DNA of 24,000 nucleotides from Thermoleophilia bacterium (GTDB lineage: Bacteria; Actinomycetota; Thermoleophilia; UBA2241): the NCBI GenBank assembly GCA_036277455.1, contig DASUMX010000120.1:1082-25081 (forward strand), given 5' to 3'. Numbering within the stretch: position 1 is the first letter of the stretch; each line of letters begins with the position of its first letter. Position numbers and translations under genes: made by a program. This document shows, one piece after another, positions 17,742-24,000 of this stretch. The notes beneath the pieces are model-generated. The model was not told where the DNA came from, did no database searches, and worked only from the letters and a program-made list of their open reading frames with translations.

Positions 17742-17770
17742 AAGCTATCAACCACATGACGGCGCGTCAA
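17742..17770 (-). promoter_or_regulatory. candidate promoter of the fur-importer operon
   Basis: On the minus strand: -35 TTGACG (17770-17765), 17-nt spacer, -10 TAGCTT (17747-17742). The operator half-sites start immediately downstream. Confidence 0.4.
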
Positions 17771-17932
17771 CCTCTTCGGCTCGACCGTCTCCGGTCGCTG
17801 CCGGACCCTACGCGAGACCAGAGACGCCGAGAGCGATATCGTGAGCGGATCAGGGTCGACGCCGGCCGGCGAGGTCGCATGCCATCCCGCCTTCGCGGTC
17901 GGCCTTCAACACGGCGCGAACGGAGGAGGGCG

Positions 17933-18274
17933 ATGATCTGTCCGGAGTGTGGCGCGGAGTACGTGCCCGGATTCACCCGTTGCGCGGACTGCCTCGTCGA
18001 CCTGGTCGAGCCGGGCTCGCAGGACGATGCACCCGAGCCGGCGCGCGGCGAGGCCCTCGCCGAGCCGGTCTGCGTCTACCGCGCCACCCAGCGTGGTCGT
18101 CTTCCGCTCGCCGAATCGGTCTTGCGGTCCGCCGGCATCCCCTTCGTCGCCTCAGGAGAGCACCTGCAGCAGCTCACGGGTCTCGACGTCTTCGGTCCTG
18201 CGGAGCTCTACGTGGCGGCCTGCGACGTAGACGACGCCCGCGCCGTGCTCGCCGGCCTCGACGGGGAGCAGTGA
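17933..18274 (+). CDS. zinc-ribbon + DUF2007-like (putative signal-transducing, PII-like fold) small protein
   Basis: ATG 17933 follows GGAGGAGGG. 113 aa. N-terminal CPECG...CADC zinc ribbon, then VCVYRATQ...AESVLRSAGIPFVASGE...ELYVAACDVDDARAVLAGL, which matches the DUF2007 pattern. The Arg-rich 17732-17932 part of the ORF is judged non-coding. Confidence 0.7.
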   Translation: MICPECGAEYVPGFTRCADCLVDLVEPGSQDDAPEPARGEALAEPVCVYRATQRGRLPLAESVLRSAGIPFVASGEHLQQLTGLDVFGPAELYVAACDVDDARAVLAGLDGEQ

Positions 18275-18298
18275 GCTCCCGCTGACAGGCCCGGCCGG

Positions 18299-18931
18299 CT
18301 AGGCGAGGATCTCGCGGACCTTGGCGGCCACGGCCACGCCGAGCAGCTCGTGCTGCGAGGCCTCGAGGTGCCAGCCGTCGAGCGCGCTGGTCGTGATGAG
18401 CTTCCCGGCGTCGAGCCAGGGGACCTGCAGGGCGGATGCGACGCGCGCGAACTCCCGCGGCAGCGCGCGCGACTTCTCATCCGCCCCCACCCAGAGCCCG
18501 GGACGCCAGTTGTTCTCGAAGGGACCAACCGGCGGCGGGCAGACCAGCAGGAGCCGCGGCGCCGCGCCTGCGGGGCCGAGCTCGCAGCGCTGTACGAGAT
18601 GAGCCAGCTCGCCGGCGCCGTCGGCCGCCTCCGCCGCCGAGATGTGCGCGTAGCTGATGTCGTTGGTCGCCAGCATGAGGACGACGAGGTCGAGCGGCGC
18701 GTGGGACTCGAGCGCCGGAGCGAGGAGCTGCCTGCCGCTCCGGCGCGGCAGCAGAGGGTCGTCGTAGACCGTCGTCCGCCCGCCGAGCCCCTCCTCGATC
18801 ACGTGATAGCCGCCGCCGAGCTCTCGCTGCAGCACGCCCGGCCAGCGGACGGGCCACTCGAAGCGGCGCGCGTCGTCGGCGGGGTCGGCGCCCCAGGTGT
18901 TCGAATCGCCGTAGCACAGGACCTGCCTCAT
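18299..18931 (-). CDS. SGNH/GDSL hydrolase, closely resembling the Mycobacterium smegmatis acyltransferase/arylesterase MsAcT
   Basis: 210 aa from ATG 18931 (GGAGG 5 nt upstream). Block I VLCYGDSNTWG (Ser nucleophile), IEEGLGGRTT, LMLATND, catalytic DGWH near the C-terminus. Collinear similarity to MsAcT as I recall that sequence. Confidence 0.88.
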   Translation of the reverse strand: MRQVLCYGDSNTWGADPADDARRFEWPVRWPGVLQRELGGGYHVIEEGLGGRTTVYDDPLLPRRSGRQLLAPALESHAPLDLVVLMLATNDISYAHISAAEAADGAGELAHLVQRCELGPAGAAPRLLLVCPPPVGPFENNWRPGLWVGADEKSRALPREFARVASALQVPWLDAGKLITTSALDGWHLEASQHELLGVAVAAKVREILA

Positions 18932-18961
18932 CTTCACCTCCACTGCCCGCGATCGCCGAAC

Positions 18962-19348
18962 TCAGGCCGCCTTGGGATCCGACTCCAGCAGACCCAGGAG
19001 GTTGCCGTCGGGATCCTTGACGTAGGCGAGCCAGCCCACCCCGGTCACCGCCATCCTGGGCAGGGCGACGACCGCGCCGAGCTCGTCGCCCTTCGCCAGT
19101 GTCGCATCCAGCGAGTCGACCGCGACCGTGCACGGGAACGCGTTGAGGACCGGTGCATCGGCCGGTCCCGGGATCGGCCGGCGTACCAGCCCGCCGTCGA
19201 TCCCGGGCTCGTCGGCGGGCCCGGTCCCGATCAGCCAGTACTCGGTCCCCTGCGTGGGGGTGAACGTCCAGCCGAGCAGGCCGGAGTAGAACGCGATGAG
19301 CTGCTCCGGCTCAGTCGCATGGATCTCGAAGTGGACGACGCGTGCCAT
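18962..19348 (-). CDS. VOC-family (glyoxalase/bleomycin-resistance/dioxygenase fold) protein
   Basis: 128 aa. VVHFEIHATEPEQLIAFYSGLLGWTF and WLAYVKDPDGNLLGLLE are typical VOC beta-alpha-beta-beta-beta modules. GGGAGG SD upstream. Confidence 0.85.
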   Translation of the reverse strand: MARVVHFEIHATEPEQLIAFYSGLLGWTFTPTQGTEYWLIGTGPADEPGIDGGLVRRPIPGPADAPVLNAFPCTVAVDSLDATLAKGDELGAVVALPRMAVTGVGWLAYVKDPDGNLLGLLESDPKAA

Positions 19349-19379
19349 GGCACCTCCCTCGTCAGACGGCGGCCCCTGA

Positions 19380-19847
19380 TCAGCCGCCGTGCTCGAGCTT
19401 GCGCGCAGAACATGACGGCGCCAGCGTCGCCGCCATGAGACCGTGTCCGGGAAGCGGCTGGAAACCGGCGCTGCGATACACCGCCTGCGCGGCGGTGTTG
19501 TCCACGCCGACCTCGACGCGCATGGCGCGCATCCCGAGGTCCTCGCAGGCCCGGCGAGCCGCGGCGAGGGCGGCCGTGCCGAGCCCCTCGCCGCGCGCCT
19601 CCGGGCGCACGTAGAAGTCGTCGACCACAGCCGTCATCCCCCCGAACTCCATCGCGTGGACGAAGGTCACGACGATGTAGCCGGCAGCGGGCTCGATCAG
19701 CCACACGCGTCCCAGCCGGGCGTCTGCCAGCAGCGACGCGAACCCGGCCGTCGCCCTCTCCTCGTCCAGCGTGAAGCCTGCCTCCGCGTAGAACGCGCGC
19801 ATGAGGGCGACCAGCTCCGGCACGTCCGCTCGACCCGCTCTGCGCAT
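19380..19847 (-). CDS. GNAT-family N-acetyltransferase
   Basis: 155 aa. Acetyl-CoA-binding motif A: VDDFYVRPEARGEGLGTAALAAARRACEDLG. C-terminal AQAVYRSAGF. Confidence 0.88.
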   Translation of the reverse strand: MRRAGRADVPELVALMRAFYAEAGFTLDEERATAGFASLLADARLGRVWLIEPAAGYIVVTFVHAMEFGGMTAVVDDFYVRPEARGEGLGTAALAAARRACEDLGMRAMRVEVGVDNTAAQAVYRSAGFQPLPGHGLMAATLAPSCSARKLEHGG

Positions 19848-19876
19848 CGCACCCCCGAGCGCTTCCTTACCAGTAG

Positions 19877-20215
19877 TCAGGACAGGAAGTCCTCGCGCAG
19901 CGGCGAGAAGACCTCGACCGCCACGGCGTCCTCCAGCACCTCGGCGCCGTGGGGCACGCCGCCGGGGATCGACCAGCTGTCCCCGGGCCCGACGTCGTGG
20001 GTCTCGGGGCCGATGGTGAGCAGCAGCCGGCCGCTGACGAGATAGCCCGTCTGTTCGTGCGGATGCTCGTGGACGGGCAGCGGGTAGCCCGCCTGCAGGC
20101 GGAACTCGGCCATCAGCGTCGCCGCGCCGTGGCTGAGTGTCCTGCGCCGGATGCCCGGCAGAGCGTCCAGATAGCCGTCGTCACTGGCCTTGAGGAACAC
20201 CGCGGTCCTGCCCAT
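19877..20215 (-). CDS. cupin-domain protein
   Basis: 112 aa from ATG 20215. Cupin motif 1 PVHEHPHEQTGYLVSG and motif 2 GDSWSIPGGVPHGAE. The upstream part of the ORF (to 20347) is the methyltransferase gene read out of frame. 35-nt overlap with the methyltransferase 3' end. Confidence 0.8.
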   Translation of the reverse strand: MGRTAVFLKASDDGYLDALPGIRRRTLSHGAATLMAEFRLQAGYPLPVHEHPHEQTGYLVSGRLLLTIGPETHDVGPGDSWSIPGGVPHGAEVLEDAVAVEVFSPLREDFLS

Positions 20216-20966
20216 CAGGCTTTCGCGCCAGCACGTACACGCGGGAGAAGAGAAGCTCCACGAGACCGTCGCCGCCCGCCCTGGAGCTGAGGTCGTCCAG
20301 GATGAGCTCCCGCGCCGCTTGCGCATAGCCGGCCGGCAGCGGCGCATCGTAGCACTCGGGATTGAGGTACCCCGCGGCGGCCCCCGACTCGAACATCTCC
20401 AGCGCCCGCTCGGGGGTCGCGTGCTCGCGAAGCTCCTCCATCTCGGCCGCCACCACGGAGAACCCGGCGGCTTCGAACAGCCGTCCGTACTCCTCGCCGG
20501 TCTCGTAGAAGGTCCACGGCGTGCGGAAGTGGGACCACGTCTCTGCGGTGCGAGGATCGCCGGCGAGCCTGGCCACGGCGTGCACGAACTGCGGGCAGTA
20601 CTCCTGTCGGGCGGGCGCCTGCATGGCCATGCGCCCGCCCGGCCTGAGCGCCGCGAGACAGTTCCTGAGCGCGAGCTCGCCGTCCTTGAACCACTGGAAG
20701 GCCGAGTTGCTGAGGATGACGTCGAACGCCTCCGGCATGTCCAGGGCGTGGACGTCGCCGGTGACGAACTCGATCGTCGCCGGCGCCGCCTGGCGCGCCA
20801 GCGCGATCATCTCCGGCGAGAGATCGATGCCGACCACGCGGCCGTCCGTGAGCACGCGGATCTCCTGCGCGAGGTGGCCCGTGCCGCAGCCGAGGTCGAG
20901 CACGTCGTCGGTCCTCTCCACGCCCAGCATCCAGAACAGGCGCTCGGCGGCGGACTTCTGCGCCAC
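20181..20966 (-). CDS. class I SAM-dependent methyltransferase (BioC/Tam-like small-molecule type); 5' end problematic
   Basis: Motif I VLDLGCGTGHLA, post-I VGIDLSPEMI, motif II-III DVILSNSAFQWF...LRPGGRMAM. Coordinates are the ORF from GTG 20966. Family-like sequence (LSDFSSIARIYRQTA) continues in frame upstream to about 21011 with no ATG/GTG/TTG start (see finding). Confidence 0.85.
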   Translation of the reverse strand: MAQKSAAERLFWMLGVERTDDVLDLGCGTGHLAQEIRVLTDGRVVGIDLSPEMIALARQAAPATIEFVTGDVHALDMPEAFDVILSNSAFQWFKDGELALRNCLAALRPGGRMAMQAPARQEYCPQFVHAVARLAGDPRTAETWSHFRTPWTFYETGEEYGRLFEAAGFSVVAAEMEELREHATPERALEMFESGAAAGYLNPECYDAPLPAGYAQAARELILDDLSSRAGGDGLVELLFSRVYVLARKPDGQDRGVPQGQ

Positions 20967-21068
20967 GGCCGTCTGGCGGTAGATACGCGCGATGGACGAG
21001 AAATCGCTCAGCGAGACTCCCCGAGACGGGTTCCGTGCGTCATCATAGCCCGTTGAGCGGCCTCTCCG

Positions 21069-21947
21069 TCAGCCCCTGCGTGGGGGGCGGGGAACGAGCA
21101 GCGAGGTCCGGTGCTTGTAGGCTTCGTAGTCGAGCTGACCGCCCCACTTCTTGTCGGCGGACTTCTCGAGCAGCGGCACGCCGCTCACGCGCAGCAGCAG
21201 CAGAGCCACGAAGACGGGTGAGATCAGCGTGATCCACTGCCAGCCGCGCAGCACCGGAAGGGCGACGATCGCCACGCCGACCCACAGCAGGATCTCGCCG
21301 AAGTAGTTGGGATGGCGCGACCATGACCAGAGCCCGGTGTGGATGAACCGGCCTTTGTTGGCGGGGTCGGCGCGGAAGCGGCTCTTCTGGGCATCGGCGA
21401 CGACCTCCACCCCGAAGCCGGCCACCCACACGAGCAGCCCGATGGCCGTCACCGTGCCGATGCCGACGCGCTCCGTCGTGGTGATGGCCGCCAGTGCGGC
21501 CGCGAGCGTCAGCGTCACCCAAAGCCCCTGGAGCGTCCACGTGTTGAGAAAGCGGGGGAACGACGGCTTGATGGCGTCGAAGCGCGTGTCGGCGCCGGCC
21601 CTGCGGATGCGCAGGAAGAGGTAAGAGGCCAGCCGCACGGCCCAGATGACGACCATCGCGAGCAGCAGGTACGAGCGGGCGTCCGGCGCGTCGGAGAACA
21701 GCACCGCGACGACCGCGACGGTGATGTACGTCAGGCCGCCGGTGAGGTCGAAGAACCGCTCGCTCTGGAGCACGTACGCGGGGACGAACGCGACCCACTG
21801 GATGGCGAACGCGACGATCACGCAGAGCGCGAACACCGGGAGGCTGCCGACGGTGGATCCGCCCTGGCTGCCGGCCAGTGCCACCAGGGCGGCGATGGCG
21901 AGGACGACGGGCAGGGCGACGAGAGCGTTGCGGTCCGGCTTCTTCAT
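21069..21947 (-). CDS. DUF1295-family integral membrane protein (steroid 5-alpha-reductase / ICMT-like fold)
   Basis: 292 aa, multiple TM helices. Hallmark C-terminal block FIHTGLWSWSRHPNYFGEILLWVG. ATGA overlap with the upstream GNAT stop. Confidence 0.88.
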   Translation of the reverse strand: MKKPDRNALVALPVVLAIAALVALAGSQGGSTVGSLPVFALCVIVAFAIQWVAFVPAYVLQSERFFDLTGGLTYITVAVVAVLFSDAPDARSYLLLAMVVIWAVRLASYLFLRIRRAGADTRFDAIKPSFPRFLNTWTLQGLWVTLTLAAALAAITTTERVGIGTVTAIGLLVWVAGFGVEVVADAQKSRFRADPANKGRFIHTGLWSWSRHPNYFGEILLWVGVAIVALPVLRGWQWITLISPVFVALLLLRVSGVPLLEKSADKKWGGQLDYEAYKHRTSLLVPRPPRRG

Positions 21948-22537
21948 CGCGTCATCCTATCCTGTCGACCGCGTGTCGACGCGCGTGCTCCGGGGGAAGG
22001 CGCGGTCTTCTCGAGGTCCAGAAGCCAGTCGTTGCTGCGCATCACGACGCCCGATGGGTAGTCGACCTCGACCTCGCCGAGCAGCTCGAAGCCGAGCCTG
22101 CGGCAGAGGGCGTTGGAGGCGGCGTTGCCGACCGTTTGGATGGCGTGCAGATGGCGGTGACGGCCGCGGCGCCGGGCATCGTCGATCATGAGCGTCGCGG
22201 CCGCCGTGGCCACGCCGCGACCCTGCGCCTCCGGCAGGACGTTCCAGCCACACTCCCACACCAGCTCGCCGTGCCACTCCGACTCCCAGTAGCCGACCCA
22301 GCCGACCGCCTCCGCTGCAGGGCCGGCGGTGACGGCGAACAGCCCGTGCTTCTCCGGGTCGGCGGCCAGGTAGCGCTCGTGACGGGCGCGGATGGCCTCC
22401 TGCGACTCCGGGCCGCCGAGATGGCGCGTCATCTCCGGGTCGCCGAGCAGCCGCTGAAGCAGCCAGAGGTCGCCGGCCGCCCAGAGCCGCAGGGCGACGT
22501 CCGCCCTCCGGGAGTGGCCGCCCCCCGCCGCGGTCAC
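21944..22537 (-). CDS. GNAT-family N-acetyltransferase (RimJ/RimL-like subgroup)
   Basis: Start set at GTG 22537, in a GTGA overlap with the carbonic anhydrase stop. 197 aa. LRLWAAGDLWLLQRLLGDPEMTRHLGG, GWNVLPEAQGRGVATAAA, NAASNALCRRLGFELLGE. The 22538-22720 part of the ORF overlaps the carbonic anhydrase gene and is Arg/Gly-rich. Confidence 0.8.
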   Translation of the reverse strand: MTAAGGGHSRRADVALRLWAAGDLWLLQRLLGDPEMTRHLGGPESQEAIRARHERYLAADPEKHGLFAVTAGPAAEAVGWVGYWESEWHGELVWECGWNVLPEAQGRGVATAAATLMIDDARRRGRHRHLHAIQTVGNAASNALCRRLGFELLGEVEVDYPSGVVMRSNDWLLDLEKTAPSPGARASTRGRQDRMTR

Positions 22538-23148
22538 CAGCCGCCTGCCGCCCCGGCGCCCAGGGTGACCTCGAGGTCGCGGAGCAGGCCGTCCTCCAGG
22601 TCGTAGATCCAGCCGTGGACGGCCAGGTCCGCGCCGCGCTCCCACGCGCTCTGGACGGCCTCGGACCGCGCGACCGCCAGGACCTGCGCGGCGACGTTCA
22701 GCTCGCAGAGCCGGTCCCACCGCGCGGCGTCGGAGGGCAACGCGTCGAGCTCATCGCGGTGCTCCCCGGCGAGGTTCCGCAGGGGCTGCAGCCAGAGGGC
22801 GACGGCGCCGGCCTGGTGTCCCTCGAGTGCGGCGCGCACCCCCCCGCAGCGGTAGTGCCCGCACACGATGACGTGACGCACGCCGAGCGACGATATCGCG
22901 TACTCGATCACCGCCATCGCGTTCAGGTCGGTGTCCGGCACCACGTTGGCGACGTTGCGGTGGACGAAGAGCTCGCCGGGCGCCAAGCCGACGATCTCGT
23001 TGGCGGGGACCCGGCTGTCGGAGCAGCCGATCCAGAGCAGGTCGGGACGCTGGAGGTGCGCCAGCCGCGCGAAGAACTCCGGGTCGGCGCCGGTTCGTTC
23101 CGCGGCCCACGCCCGATTCCGCGCGAAGAGGTCGGAGAGGTACTTCAT
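22534..23148 (-). CDS. can: beta-class carbonic anhydrase (Can/CynT type)
   Basis: 204 aa from ATG 23148 (AAGGA upstream). Zinc ligands and catalytic dyad in LWIGCSDSRVPANE and VIVCGHYRCGGV. N-terminal FARNRAWA is typical of the family. Confidence 0.92.
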   Translation of the reverse strand: MKYLSDLFARNRAWAAERTGADPEFFARLAHLQRPDLLWIGCSDSRVPANEIVGLAPGELFVHRNVANVVPDTDLNAMAVIEYAISSLGVRHVIVCGHYRCGGVRAALEGHQAGAVALWLQPLRNLAGEHRDELDALPSDAARWDRLCELNVAAQVLAVARSEAVQSAWERGADLAVHGWIYDLEDGLLRDLEVTLGAGAAGGW

Positions 23149-23223
23149 GCGGCCGTCCTTCCCATCACGGTGACAGCTTAGCAGCGGTTTGTGGAGCAAG
23201 CGGCGTCGCGCTATGAATCACCC

Positions 23224-24000
23224 ATGCACGAGACGCGCCTGCTGATCATCGGCGCCGGCGTCGCCGGACTCACCGCGGGATGCTACGCGGCGCGGTCCGG
23301 CTACCGGACGACCATCCTCGAGATGGGCCAGACGCCCGGCGGGCTCTGCACCTCGTGGCGCAGGAAGGGCTATCTGTTCGACGGCAGCGTCGCGGGTCTG
23401 GCGGGAACGTCACCGGAGGCGCCGATCCACCGCCTCTGGCGGGACATCGGCGTCGCCGACTACTGCCCGCTCTACGACCCTGTCGACTTCGGCACGGTCG
23501 TCGCCCCGGACGGCAGGGCGGTCACCGTCTCCACCGACATCGACCGGCTCGAGGCGCACCTGCGGGAGAACTTCCCGCGCGACGCCGCCGCCATCGGCGA
23601 GTTCGCGCGGGCGCTGCGCGCCTGCCTGCACCTGGACATCCCGTTTCGCGCCGAGACCGGCCTTGCGGGGATCGTCGCCGGCGCCCACACGGGCGTGGCC
23701 TCGCTGCGCAGCCTGCCGGCGCTGGTCAAGTACGGCCGCCTCACGCTGCGCCGGTTCAACGCCCGGCTGCGGGACCCGTTCTGCCGGCAGGTGTTCGACA
23801 ACCTCGTCCACTTCGGCGGTCAGGACGTGCCCATGCTCACCGTCCTGCTCCCGATCGCCTACGCCCACCGCCGGATGACCGGGATCCCGCGCGACGGCTG
23901 GCTCGCCTTCGGCCGGGCGATCGAGCGGCGCTTCCTCGAGCTCGGCGGTGAGATCCGCTACGGCGCCAAGGTCGAGCACCTCGAGACCGGCGGCGGCGCG
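23224..24000 (+). CDS. FAD-dependent oxidoreductase of the phytoene desaturase (CrtI)/amine-oxidase-like family, 3'-truncated by the window edge
   Basis: My own translation from ATG 23224 stays open to the window end (259 codons, G/C-rich third positions). It reads MHETRLLIIGAGVAGLTAGCYAARSGYRTTILEMGQTPGGLCTSW..., i.e. a GxGxxG dinucleotide fold followed by the E-x5-GG motif. It is absent from the ORF track because no stop is reached. Confidence 0.85.
   Translation, partial: MHETRLLIIGAGVAGLTAGCYAARSGYRTTILEMGQTPGGLCTSWRRKGYLFDGSVAGLAGTSPEAPIHRLWRDIGVADYCPLYDPVDFGTVVAPDGRAVTVSTDIDRLEAHLRENFPRDAAAIGEFARALRACLHLDIPFRAETGLAGIVAGAHTGVASLRSLPALVKYGRLTLRRFNARLRDPFCRQVFDNLVHFGGQDVPMLTVLLPIAYAHRRMTGIPRDGWLAFGRAIERRFLELGGEIRYGAKVEHLETGGGA

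Noticed and set aside
17732-17932. Arg-rich 67-aa N-terminal extension of the DUF2007 ORF.
   Set aside because: Low-complexity RRRERYRER-type sequence. It would overlap the fur operator and promoter. A strong GGAGGAGGG SD precedes the internal ATG at 17933.
22538-22720. Upstream 61 codons of the GNAT ORF overlapping the carbonic anhydrase gene.
   Set aside because: Arg/Gly/Pro-rich composition and a 183-nt overlap with a strongly supported gene. GTG 22537 gives a normal GNAT N-terminus and a GTGA junction.

Overview
Very GC-rich (roughly 70% or more by eye), densely coding chromosomal segment that looks like a high-GC Gram-positive (Actinomycetota-like) genome. I could support about 27 protein genes and found no rRNA, tRNA, CRISPR array, IS or phage genes. 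Left to right: (i) fabI. (ii) An enolase-superfamily dipeptide epimerase divergent from a five-gene peptide ABC transporter in the order ATPase-ATPase-permease-SBP-permease. (iii) A membrane GAF-PP2C phosphatase. (iv) A TetR regulator divergent from mmsA, with an operator inside the promoter and a strong intrinsic terminator. (v) An orphan small helical protein followed by about 395 bp of structured non-coding DNA. (vi) A minus-strand, translationally coupled operon: Fur-family regulator, Dph6/MJ0570-type PP-loop ATPase, BtuF-like binding protein, FecCD permease, and a FecE-type ATPase carrying an extra uncharacterised C-terminal domain of about 190 aa. A triple-half-site palindromic operator sits upstream. 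(vii) A zinc-ribbon/DUF2007 protein. (viii) A long minus-strand run of small enzymes: MsAcT-like SGNH hydrolase, VOC, GNAT, cupin, SAM methyltransferase, DUF1295 membrane protein, GNAT and beta-carbonic anhydrase. This run is divergent from a CrtI-like FAD oxidoreductase that leaves the window. The best candidate for something undescribed is the Fur-gated importer operon, because of its embedded PP-loop enzyme and the ATPase fusion domain. Second is the carbonic anhydrase/GNAT/DUF1295/methyltransferase/cupin module. All family calls come from reading motifs in the supplied translations; no database search was run.
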